Below are positions 8,206 to 16,586 of a DNA stretch of 64,000 nucleotides, piece after piece. Numbering within the stretch: the first letter of the stretch is position 1; each line of letters begins with the position of its first letter. Origin of the DNA: an uncultured bacterium (GTDB lineage: Bacteria > Patescibacteriota > Patescibacteriia > CAIQCM01); contig OY970181.1 of the NCBI GenBank assembly GCA_963708045.1, positions 1,061,443 to 1,125,442 on the forward strand, in the 5' to 3' direction. A program made the translations under genes and the position numbers. The notes beneath the pieces were generated by a model. That model was not told the DNA's origin and did not search any database. It saw nothing but the letters and a program-made list of their open reading frames with translations.

Positions 8206-8865
8206 TTACTTGCTGACGGCGAGGAAGAACCAGTTCGCGTCCCACTGAATGCTGGGGTCGCCGTAGCTGAGGCTGAGGTCCCGCTCGCGATCGTCCCCGC
8301 TCAAGTACGCAACGTGGAGATGACCACCGAAGCGAGCGACCGAGCCGAGGGCAGCAATCAGATGCCTCCTTTGCTCATCTGGATACTTACTCGCAAAAGC
8401 GAGTAGTTCCTCGTAGAGCGCAGGGCGCAAACCAACTGCGTCCATAGCTTCAAGAATTTTCTTGGTCGTCATTTGACGGTCAATCCTGAAGTATTGGAAT
8501 ACTACGTCGCCAGCCGTCCGAACAATGCTCTTACATCGCTCAATTGGCTCGAACCGAGCCTTGGCGTAATCGGGGTTCACCCAATCAAACACCTTACTGA
8601 GTTCTTCGAACGACGGCTGAAGGTATTTCACGAGGGCTGTGAATACTTCAACTACCTTTTCGTTTACAGCCGCGAGTGCAGCCAGTGCCGCCGTAACCAT
8701 AACTTTGCCAAGAGCTGGTTTCTCGCCCACCGCCACAAATAGTTCTTCGGTCATACCTCCACCATTAAGCGAGGCCAGAAATGGACCCAATCCGCCGAGT
8801 TCTGTTTTGAATAGGTTTGCCATTTTAGCTACCCTACCCTTTCTTAACCGTCCCGGTACATTCAA
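8206..8865 (-). CDS. DGR variable (target) protein; VR encodes the C-terminal 46 residues
   Basis: 219 aa (alternative start MANLFK at ~8823 has a GGGTAGG-like RBS). C-terminus ...GGHLHVAYLSGDDRERDLSLSYGDPSIQWDANWFFLAVSK. Variable positions correspond to AAC/GAC/AAT codons of TR. Confidence 0.75.
   Translation of the reverse strand: MNVPGRLRKGRVAKMANLFKTELGGLGPFLASLNGGGMTEELFVAVGEKPALGKVMVTAALAALAAVNEKVVEVFTALVKYLQPSFEELSKVFDWVNPDYAKARFEPIERCKSIVRTAGDVVFQYFRIDRQMTTKKILEAMDAVGLRPALYEELLAFASKYPDEQRRHLIAALGSVARFGGHLHVAYLSGDDRERDLSLSYGDPSIQWDANWFFLAVSK
8210..8347 (-). repeat. DGR variable repeat (VR)
   Basis: 138 bp matching TR, lying at the 3' end of the target ORF (stop at 8206-8208). Substitutions N to S/D/G/I relative to the TR-encoded peptide. 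Confidence 0.8.
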
Positions 8866-9029
8866 ACAAACGCACCACGCGCTGGTTTAAATTTCCCTGA
8901 TTTAAAAGGACGCACTTAATTTCATCATTTTAGAGACAAAAACAAATGCGTACTTTTTAAGCTCTCAACAAATGAAGATACCACAAAACAACGATTTTGT
9001 CAAGATTTCGCTTTGATAAATGTATATAT

Positions 9030-9057
9030 TTGACAAAAATGTATAGTTTTGTATAAT
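9030..9057 (+). promoter_or_regulatory. sigma70-like promoter TTGACA-N16-TATAAT
   Basis: tTTGACAaaaatgtatagttttgTATAATttagttaaatATG. The -10 element ends ~10 nt before the ATG of the HTH-GHKL gene, so the mRNA is near-leaderless. Confidence 0.5.
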
Positions 9058-9067
9058 TTAGTTAAAT

Positions 9068-9805
9068 ATGAGTAGATTAGACAAAAAACTATATACTATT
9101 AGCGAGGCGGCCAAATATCTTGGCGTTTCAATGGTCACACTCCGTCGCTGGCACAAAGACGAGTCTTTTAAGGCGTCTTTTGTTTCCCCTGGGGGTCACC
9201 GATATTATTCCTTGGCCGATCTTGAAAAAAAGACTCGCGGTATTTTTCAAATTGCCCGCGAATGGGCCGCTTCGGAAACGCCATTTGAACAAGCAAGCGA
9301 ATTTTACGCATCAACGAGCGACCGTTTTAAAACAAGACAAGGAAGAATGGACACGGAAATGAACGCCGCGCCAAAACCGGAAAAAAATATTTCTTTGATA
9401 TCCGCGTCCGTTGGAGAAATCGGAAATAATTCTTTTGACCACAACCTCGGTAATTGGCCAGATATTCCCGGAGTATTTTTTGCTTATGATCTTGGTAAAC
9501 GAGTCATCGTCCTTGCCGACCGAGGTGTCGGAGTCTTGGAAACATTAAGACGGATTAGACCCGGATTAAAAGATCACAACAGTGCGCTACTTGCCGCATT
9601 TACGGAGATACTTACCGCTCGCGCGCCGGAACATCGCGGCAACGGATTAAAATTCGTTAAAGAAGCACTAACGATTGCCGGAGCAAATTTATCTTTTCAA
9701 TCCGGCAATGCTATTGCCGAAATAAAAGGATCAAAACCCGAGTTAATAATTAAAAACGCGGACTCGTTCATTCGCGGCTCTCTCGCATTAATTGAATATC
9801 AATAA
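9068..9805 (+). CDS. MerR-type HTH fused to GHKL (anti-sigma-factor-like Ser kinase/ATPase) domain
   Basis: N-terminus YTISEAAKYLGVSMVTLRRWHKD is a MerR-like HTH. C-terminal half carries N-box EIGNNSFDHN, G1 ADRGVGV and G2 HRGNGLKF. Paralogous to the 62159-62671 protein. Confidence 0.7.
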   Translation: MSRLDKKLYTISEAAKYLGVSMVTLRRWHKDESFKASFVSPGGHRYYSLADLEKKTRGIFQIAREWAASETPFEQASEFYASTSDRFKTRQGRMDTEMNAAPKPEKNISLISASVGEIGNNSFDHNLGNWPDIPGVFFAYDLGKRVIVLADRGVGVLETLRRIRPGLKDHNSALLAAFTEILTARAPEHRGNGLKFVKEALTIAGANLSFQSGNAIAEIKGSKPELIIKNADSFIRGSLALIEYQ

Positions 9806-10097
9806 TATGATTATTGAAATAAAAAAATTTGGCACTGTGCTTACCTCTCGCCAATCAGGCAAAGAGGCCTATTCGGCTTTTTTGCCAATCTTAACAACAA
9901 CCAAAAAAAACGAAGAAATCATCGTTGATTTCGCTGGCGTTAGTGTTTTTTCCCCATCATGGGGCGACGAATTTTTAACGCCACTCCAAACGACTTTTGG
10001 AAAATACTTGACGCTAAAAAATACAGACAATCCTTCGGTTGCGCTAACAATTTTAACTTTGGAAAAAATCAACGAAGAAAAATTTAAAATCGTTTAA
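9792..10097 (+). CDS. DUF4325 (STAS-like) domain protein, partner of the GHKL protein
   Basis: 101 aa. FGTVLTSRQSGKEAY ... IVDFAGVSVFSPSWGDEFLTPL matches the DUF4325 pattern (DF.GV...SSF.DEF). Overlaps the upstream gene by 14 nt. Paralog at 61804-62082. Confidence 0.7.
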   Translation: MNINNMIIEIKKFGTVLTSRQSGKEAYSAFLPILTTTKKNEEIIVDFAGVSVFSPSWGDEFLTPLQTTFGKYLTLKNTDNPSVALTILTLEKINEEKFKIV

Positions 10098-10179
10098 TCG
10101 CGGACACAATCTAGTTTACGGTTCCGTAGATTGGATGTGAGCAAGTCCAACCCAAGTACAAACTACAACACAACCAAAG

Positions 10180-10252
10180 ATCTCAATGTCTCAAGCAAAC
10201 TCCAAGATTCCTCGCCTTAGACAAAACGACCAGACAGGCTCGGAATGACGCC
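10180..10252. repeat. intergenic repeat, Y-module copy
   Basis: agattcctcgccttagacaaaacgaccagacaggctcggaatgacgcc is similar to the Y module at 62941-63003 and, in reverse complement, to 11169-11231. Confidence 0.45.
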
Positions 10253-10275
10253 GTGGTAAAAGTTATTGATAATGT

Positions 10276-11103
10276 TTATTTCTGGCACACGGGACACCAA
10301 AAAGTGCCGCGGCTGGCGAGTTTGGTTTTTTTAATGACTCCCCCGTCGCGACGCAAACACGGCTCGCCTTCGCGGCCGTAAACTTTTAAATTTTTAACAT
10401 TGGTTCCCGCTACACCGCGCGCATCAACATAAGCATCGGCCGAAGTGCCGCGATTTTTGATGGATTCAGAAAGAACTTTTCTTATCCCCTTCCACAATTC
10501 TTTTTGCTCAGAAGGCGCTAGTTTTCCAGCCGGACGGTCGGGACGAATGCGCGCGAAGTAGAGCGCTTCGGCGGCATAAATATTTCCAATACCAGCGACG
10601 ACCTTTGGGTCCATAAGCAGTTGTTTTATTTTAACGCGCGGCCTTTTGTCCAAACGCGCCTGAAGCGCCGCGACGTCAAAATCCGCATACAGTGGTTCGG
10701 GGCCGAATTTTTGCGATTCAAGATAATCGGCGAGCTCGGCTGCGGTAAATAATTTTAAAAAACCAAAACGACGATAATCTTCCCACATTATTTGCTGGCC
10801 GCCCGTGAGATGAAAAATTACAAAAGTATGTTTGGCTGGTGGTTCATTTTTATCTTTTATAAGTACGCGCCCGGTCATTTTAAGGTGAATCACAAGTGCG
10901 TGATCGCCCGCAAGATCAATCATTAATAATTTGGCACGCCGACGCACCGCAACAATTTTTTTGCCGACGGTGGCGTTTATTAAAACACCGGCAGATACAT
11001 TCAGCCGCTTGGTTGATAAAACTTCGGTCGCAACAATTTTTTTACCGCGTACCACACTTTCAAGCTGACGGCGGATTGTTTCTACTTCTGGCAACTCTGG
11101 CAT
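10276..11103 (-). CDS. mutM: formamidopyrimidine-DNA glycosylase
   Basis: N-terminal MPELPEVETIRRQL (catalytic Pro2/Glu3), H2TH region, C-terminal zinc finger CPVCQK. Confidence 0.9.
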   Translation of the reverse strand: MPELPEVETIRRQLESVVRGKKIVATEVLSTKRLNVSAGVLINATVGKKIVAVRRRAKLLMIDLAGDHALVIHLKMTGRVLIKDKNEPPAKHTFVIFHLTGGQQIMWEDYRRFGFLKLFTAAELADYLESQKFGPEPLYADFDVAALQARLDKRPRVKIKQLLMDPKVVAGIGNIYAAEALYFARIRPDRPAGKLAPSEQKELWKGIRKVLSESIKNRGTSADAYVDARGVAGTNVKNLKVYGREGEPCLRRDGGVIKKTKLASRGTFWCPVCQK

Positions 11104-11119
11104 ATGTTTATAAACACTT

Positions 11120-11277
11120 AGAGACTTTGAGTTCCCTCATCGCTTCGGCTCTTCGGGATGACGCCACCCTTGCCGTCATTCCGAGTCCGTGCTGTCGGTG
11201 CGTCTAGGACGAGAAATCTCGGAGCATATTAAGAGACTTTGAGTTCCCTCATCGCTTCGGCTCTTCGGGATGACGCC
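11120..11277. repeat. composite intergenic repeat element (X-Y-X modules, inverted relative to 62895-63003)
   Basis: Two direct 46-bp copies of agagactttgagttccctcatcgcttcggctcttcgggatgacgcc flank a Y-like module. The X 3' end and Y 5' end can pair (cgggatgacg / cgtcattccg). Confidence 0.55.
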
Positions 11278-11312
11278 AACGGATTAGATATTAGAAATTA
11301 GATATTAGGTAT

Positions 11313-12902
11313 TCAAATCAACGCCCTTCCCGTCATCTCAGGCGGCTGAGCAAGACCCATTACTTTTAAAATTGTCGGGGCGACGTCGCCCAAAACGCCG
11401 ACCGGCGGAATAAGCGACAAGTCGGCGCCGACACCTTCGGGAAGCCCTAGCGCTTGACCTTCAAAGCTTTGTGCAACGATAATAAAGGGTACGCCGTTTG
11501 TGGAATGTTCTTTGTCCATACCGCCGGTTTGCAAATTACTAACCTCTTCGGCATTGCCGTGGTCCGCTGTTATAAAAACCACGCCACTTCGCGCAAGGGT
11601 CGCGTCCACGATTTTTCCCACGCACTCATCGGTCGCCTCAACCGCTTTTATTGTCGCCTCAAGATTTCCCGTGTGCCCAACCATATCCGGCGCCGCCAGA
11701 TTAACAACGACAAAATCGTAATTTTCGTTTTGAAGCGCCTTAACCACCTTGTCCGTTACTTCGTACTCCGACATTTCCGGTTTTTGGTCATAACTGGAAA
11801 CGCGCGGCGACAAAACCAGAACACGATCTTCGTTTGAAAAAGGCGCTTCGCGCTGACCGTTAATAAAAAACGTGACATGTGCGTATTTTTCTGTTTCCGC
11901 CGCGTGCAGTTGACGAAGTCCGGCGTCGGAAACGACTTTGGCCAAACAGTCATTAATCAAATCTGGCTCATAGGCAACATTCACGGGCAGTCCCTTTTCG
12001 TATTCGGTCATCGTCGCAAAATATAAATTCTGAATTTGTTCGCGGGCAAAGCCCTTAAAATCAGGAAGAACAAACGCTTGGGTAAGTTCGCGCGCGCGGT
12101 CTTCGCGAAAATTAAAATAAATCACCGCGTCCCCGTTTTCAACTTTTGCGAGCGGCTTTCCGTTCTTGCCGACGATCGCAACCGGTTCAAATTCTTCGTC
12201 AAAAACTTTTTTTTCATAAGACTCACGCACTGCTTCGGCCGGATCTTTGGCCAGCATCCCCACGCCTTCGGTCATTAACCGATACGCTTTTTCCACCCGA
12301 TCCCAGCGATTGTCGCGATCCATTGCGTAGTAGCGTCCGATAAGCGTGGCGATTTTTCCAACTTTAAATTTTTTAAGCACCGCCGCGGTTTGATTTATAA
12401 AATCAACACCCGAATTCATCAGCGTGTCGCGGCCGTCCAAAATACAATGGACATAAACATCCGTGACTTGGTTTTGAGCGCACATTTCTAAAAGCTTCCA
12501 CAGGTGCTCCATATGCGAGTGAACGCCGCCTGGGGAAACTAAACCCACCAAATGAATTTTTGATTTATTTGTTTTTACGTGTTCAAAGGCGTCTAAAAAT
12601 ATTTTATTCTTGGAAAAGCTTCCTTCGGAAATAGCTTTGTTGATTCTCGGCATCGCCTGATAATAAACGCGGCCAGCACCAATATTTAGGTGGCCAACTT
12701 CGGAGTTACCCATTTCTCCCCAATTCTGACCGACTTCAATAGAGGCGGCCGAAAGCACCATTGCCGGATAATTGGCAATATAACGATTGATATTCGGTGT
12801 TTTGGCGAGAGTTATGGCATTGCCATCCCCGGGCGGCGCTACCCCCCACCCATCCATAATCACGAGAACCGCCGGCTTGATGCCAGTTTTTTCATTGAGC
12901 AT
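11313..12902 (-). CDS. gpmI: 2,3-bisphosphoglycerate-independent phosphoglycerate mutase
   Basis: 529 aa. VLVIMDGWG, metal-binding DGRD/HGN motifs and overall iPGM architecture. Confidence 0.9.
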   Translation of the reverse strand: MLNEKTGIKPAVLVIMDGWGVAPPGDGNAITLAKTPNINRYIANYPAMVLSAASIEVGQNWGEMGNSEVGHLNIGAGRVYYQAMPRINKAISEGSFSKNKIFLDAFEHVKTNKSKIHLVGLVSPGGVHSHMEHLWKLLEMCAQNQVTDVYVHCILDGRDTLMNSGVDFINQTAAVLKKFKVGKIATLIGRYYAMDRDNRWDRVEKAYRLMTEGVGMLAKDPAEAVRESYEKKVFDEEFEPVAIVGKNGKPLAKVENGDAVIYFNFREDRARELTQAFVLPDFKGFAREQIQNLYFATMTEYEKGLPVNVAYEPDLINDCLAKVVSDAGLRQLHAAETEKYAHVTFFINGQREAPFSNEDRVLVLSPRVSSYDQKPEMSEYEVTDKVVKALQNENYDFVVVNLAAPDMVGHTGNLEATIKAVEATDECVGKIVDATLARSGVVFITADHGNAEEVSNLQTGGMDKEHSTNGVPFIIVAQSFEGQALGLPEGVGADLSLIPPVGVLGDVAPTILKVMGLAQPPEMTGRALI

Positions 12903-12926
12903 ATTGTGTTAGTATATATAAAAAAT

Positions 12927-13121
12927 ATGTCCCAGCCAATTGATCCTCAAATTTTAGCACAAGCTAGCGATGCCTATAAGGTTTTTATGAGTGAGATCAA
13001 GTCTATCCGACTTGATCTGGATCAGCTTTTGCGCGACATTGTCGCCCGCGTTGACCGCGAGCGTTTGAACGAATTATATAAAAAAATTGAAACAATTAAA
13101 TATGGAGACACCAAGCAGTGA
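12927..13121 (+). CDS. small hypothetical ORF (64 aa) overlapping start of the giant gene
   Basis: ATG at ~12927 in frame with track ORF 12690-13121. Helical-looking MSQPIDPQILAQASDAYKVFMSEIKSIRLDLDQLLRDIVARVDRERLNELYKK. No homology recognised. Confidence 0.25.
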   Translation: MSQPIDPQILAQASDAYKVFMSEIKSIRLDLDQLLRDIVARVDRERLNELYKKIETIKYGDTKQ

Positions 13122-16100
13122 AGAACGACCCGGAGTAGATCGCGTTGAATTACCACCAACCGAACGAGATGGCGACGAACCCGATTATGACGCAATGGAA
13201 GCTCGCGCCGACGAAGCAACAGCCGAAGCAGAAGCGGCAGCAAGAACTGTTAGCGAACTAAAAGTTGACGGCAATGCCGTAGAACTAACTGACGAAGAAA
13301 AAGCGCGTCGCGAAAAAAGCACCGGCGCGATTGAAGAAAAAACCGGCTGGTTTAGACGACACTTCCCTAAAAAAGAAAAAGTCTTTAACGAGGGACCAGA
13401 TTTTAAAATTGACGCGCCAGTGGTCGCCGGCGAATTTACCGCGACGGAAAAAGAATTTTTTGGCAAAACCAATGAAGTTAGCGCTGCCAACGCCGAGGAA
13501 GTTGAAAACATCGGCCAAGAAGAAAAACCCGCCGAAATAATGGCGACGAGTGGCCTTACCGGAAACGAAACGCAGGTGAGACGAAAATTAGAAGCGCTTT
13601 ACGAAGAATTTGCGCGCCGCCGCGACGAAAGTTCGGCCGAAGCAGACGAACGACACCCCCTTTCCAAAAAAGAGGCGGCAGCTTTACTTAGTTTGGTAAA
13701 AAAAGGCGACGAGAAAAAACTTTCCAAATCAAAACGCGCCACTTTAGGAAAAATGAGCGAGCAGGAAGATTTTAGCGCCGCGGAATACAATCAAATGAAA
13801 ACCGGCGAAATACCTTGGAAAATGAACGCCGTTTGGCAAGCGCTTCAAGAATTAAATTCCAGCAAACTAACTTGGCCAAACCAAGAGGAAGGAAAAAGAT
13901 CAACTTCGGGCACGATTGACACCACGACAAAAGCCGCCCTCGGCGCGGCCGCGATTGGCGGCGGCGCTGCTGCGATTCACAGCCTTGGCAAAACAGCCGA
14001 AACCGGCGCATACAACGAGTACGAACTTAGCGTTAACGCCGACCCGACCATTGAACGCAATCTAAAAGAACTCATGACCAGTTACGAACAAGAACTCGCG
14101 AAAACAGATGCGCCCAAAGAAGAAATTATGCAAACGATGAGGGACAACCTAGCTGCCTACAAAAATAATTTTGTAGAGGCGGTTTGTAAAAACCTTCCCC
14201 CAAACGAAGCCGCAGAAGTGCGACGCGCCACGATTTCTCCAATTGAACAACAAAAATTTATTGTGACTTTGGAGCTTGCTTTGGGTGATGCCGAAACAAG
14301 TTATGTTGCGGAGTCGGAAGCCATGATCGCGGGGATAAAAAAGGAACTAAGCGAATACCAAACAATGCTAAGTCAACTCAACGATGATGTTGATATTTTT
14401 AATAGCATCAGCAACGATCCCACGAAACGCCCAGCAGAACTAATGAACAATTTGGCAATGCTTGTAGAATATGATCAATCGTATTCTATTGGCTTATCCC
14501 CCGCCGAGTATCAAGACAAACTTTTAGAGCAACTCGCGGCAATCCCCGACGAAGCGCAAAAAACGGAATTTTTGGAAGAAAAATTTAAAAGCGCAAGACG
14601 AGCCATTGATCAATTGGAGGATACCGTAAAAACCGATATTGCATACAGAGAAGAATCTATCGCCAAACAAGAAGCTTTGCTGGCCGCGGAAAAAACCAAA
14701 ATGATCCGTCCGCCAGAAGGCGCCGCGACGAGCGGCGACGAATACGACAGTATTGAGATAGACGGCGGAGGGGCCGAGCCAACACCTACCACATCATCTC
14801 CCGACGCGGGTGCGGACGACGAGCACTTGTTGGAAGCGGTGGAATATGTCAAAGACAGGGCAGAAATTAGCGCCAAGGGAATCCAGAAGCGATACGGAAT
14901 CGGTCACGACCGCGCCGCAAAAATTATTACTCGTTTGGAAGAAATGGGGCTCATTGGTCCGCAGGACGGCACTAATCCGCGCCTTGTTCTTGGCAAAAAA
15001 CCAACCAGTATACCCAAACCTGCTTTGGCAACGCCGGACAGCGCCAAACCAGTCACAACAATAGAAAAAAGAACACCTGACGAAATAATGAAAACCGCCG
15101 CCGATTATCTCCTTCAAGCCCAAGCAAAAACATTTAATAATATAGATTCTATTTCTCTTGATGATCTTGAGCAAAAACTTAGAGCCGTAAAAGCAATCAA
15201 CAACCCAAAACAAATCCGCGAACAGCTAAAAGCTGATCCTGAATTGTTCGGTCTAAAAAAAGAAGATGATATTGATGCGCTAAGTGACAACCAAGCGACA
15301 AATTTTAGAAAACGCTTGGAGCAATTTATTGAAGCGCAAATTCAATTTAAAAAAGATCGTCTTGCTAAAAAAACAACTGAACCAAAAACGCCCGACGTTA
15401 TTAGAAAAACTCCGGCCGAATTATTGAGAGAAATAGAGGCGGCGCTTCACGAAAAACAAAACAGGGAAATGGGAAATATATCCCCTGTTGATCTTAGGGT
15501 TCTTGAGGCAAGAGCAAAAGCTATCCAAGCACTTCCCGACAACGCAAAACAAGCCAGAGAAACAATTAGCGCAAATCCGGAAGTTTTCGGCCTTGATCCA
15601 AACTTTGACCTTGCGACGTTTGATGATAAACAACTCGGAGTTATTGTGGACAGAATTGAAAATTACACTCAAGCTCTCATTGATAGAAAAAATGCCGAGA
15701 TCATTAAAACAACGCCGAAGGCAAAGCCTGCCGCATCAGCGCCAGTGACCGCCCCAAAACCCCCTGACGTAGTCGCAGCGGTTCTGCCGCCAGTCACGAC
15801 AGAACCAAAACCACCAATTATTGTTAGCGCACCCCTGACACCCCCAGCGGCAAAAAAACCAGTTGAAGTAAAAATAGTTTCTCCCGAAGAAAAATCAGCA
15901 GCGGAAAATTTAAAAAAACGAGTAAAAAAACTTAGCGATATTAATCGTGAGTTAGACACAAACATTAGCGATGCCGAGAAAAAAACAATGAGCGATGAAA
16001 ATTATAGATTGATCGTCATTGCTTATGAAGAATATCAAGCCGAGAAACAAAAGAGACCGCTTGCAAAATTGGAACTTATTAAACGATATAAGGCTGAGAT

Positions 16101-16575
16101 TCAAAAATTACTAAAACCAACAGAATTACCAAAAGCGCCGACGGCTCCAGAAAAACCCGTCGCGGCAAGCGTTGAGACAAACGAAGCACCACCGCCGCCA
16201 AGCGAATTTGCCACAAAAAAACTACCCGACGCGTGGCTTGATTATGCAACTGCTGATGATGGAATACACAAAAATGATCCCGTATTTCTTGAACAATGTC
16301 TTAAAAAACATTTAGGCGATGCACTAGAACGTGTTATTATTTTTGATCGCGAAAACATAGCTATTGCCGTAATCGTTGGACCAGATAAAAAACGTGAAGC
16401 GCTTGGTATACCGATTTTTGACAGCTACAGTACTGTCGTTAAAAACTTTGGTGATAAAAAACATTATCGTTATGGAAAAATAACGCGTGTTAGTCGCGCG
16501 GCAATCTTTAAACCAGAATCAATTGACAGCGCTCTTGGGCCGGAATTGATTACATTAGGAAGTATTATTCAGTAA
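13087..16575 (+). CDS. giant (1162 aa) K/E/A/P-rich low-complexity protein with FtsK-gamma-like winged-helix domain
   Basis: Segment EAVEYVKDRAEISAKGIQKRYGIGHDRAAKIITRLEEMGLIGPQDGTNPRLVLG matches the FtsK gamma (KOPS-binding wHTH) pattern. No P-loop motor. Internal duplicated segments (ADPELFGL.../ANPEVFGL...). Globular C-terminal ~150 aa. Confidence 0.7.
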   Translation: MKQLNMETPSSEERPGVDRVELPPTERDGDEPDYDAMEARADEATAEAEAAARTVSELKVDGNAVELTDEEKARREKSTGAIEEKTGWFRRHFPKKEKVFNEGPDFKIDAPVVAGEFTATEKEFFGKTNEVSAANAEEVENIGQEEKPAEIMATSGLTGNETQVRRKLEALYEEFARRRDESSAEADERHPLSKKEAAALLSLVKKGDEKKLSKSKRATLGKMSEQEDFSAAEYNQMKTGEIPWKMNAVWQALQELNSSKLTWPNQEEGKRSTSGTIDTTTKAALGAAAIGGGAAAIHSLGKTAETGAYNEYELSVNADPTIERNLKELMTSYEQELAKTDAPKEEIMQTMRDNLAAYKNNFVEAVCKNLPPNEAAEVRRATISPIEQQKFIVTLELALGDAETSYVAESEAMIAGIKKELSEYQTMLSQLNDDVDIFNSISNDPTKRPAELMNNLAMLVEYDQSYSIGLSPAEYQDKLLEQLAAIPDEAQKTEFLEEKFKSARRAIDQLEDTVKTDIAYREESIAKQEALLAAEKTKMIRPPEGAATSGDEYDSIEIDGGGAEPTPTTSSPDAGADDEHLLEAVEYVKDRAEISAKGIQKRYGIGHDRAAKIITRLEEMGLIGPQDGTNPRLVLGKKPTSIPKPALATPDSAKPVTTIEKRTPDEIMKTAADYLLQAQAKTFNNIDSISLDDLEQKLRAVKAINNPKQIREQLKADPELFGLKKEDDIDALSDNQATNFRKRLEQFIEAQIQFKKDRLAKKTTEPKTPDVIRKTPAELLREIEAALHEKQNREMGNISPVDLRVLEARAKAIQALPDNAKQARETISANPEVFGLDPNFDLATFDDKQLGVIVDRIENYTQALIDRKNAEIIKTTPKAKPAASAPVTAPKPPDVVAAVLPPVTTEPKPPIIVSAPLTPPAAKKPVEVKIVSPEEKSAAENLKKRVKKLSDINRELDTNISDAEKKTMSDENYRLIVIAYEEYQAEKQKRPLAKLELIKRYKAEIQKLLKPTELPKAPTAPEKPVAASVETNEAPPPPSEFATKKLPDAWLDYATADDGIHKNDPVFLEQCLKKHLGDALERVIIFDRENIAIAVIVGPDKKREALGIPIFDSYSTVVKNFGDKKHYRYGKITRVSRAAIFKPESIDSALGPELITLGSIIQ

Positions 16576-16586
16576 AAATTCTATAA

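Noticed and set aside
8146-8890. Plus-strand ORFs 8146-8406, 8473-8742, 8639-8890
   Set aside because: They lie antisense inside the DGR target gene. No RBS, and Ala/Pro/Arg-biased composition typical of GC-skew artefacts.
10180-11277. X/Y repeats as an IS element or transposon
   Set aside because: No transposase-like ORF, and no clear terminal inverted repeats with target-site duplications seen by eye. More consistent with MITE or REP-like or structured-RNA repeats.
12690-13121. 143-aa plus-strand ORF as a real gene
   Set aside because: Its first 79 codons are antisense within gpmI. Only the last 64 codons (from ATG ~12927) are intergenic. Retained only as a low-confidence small ORF.
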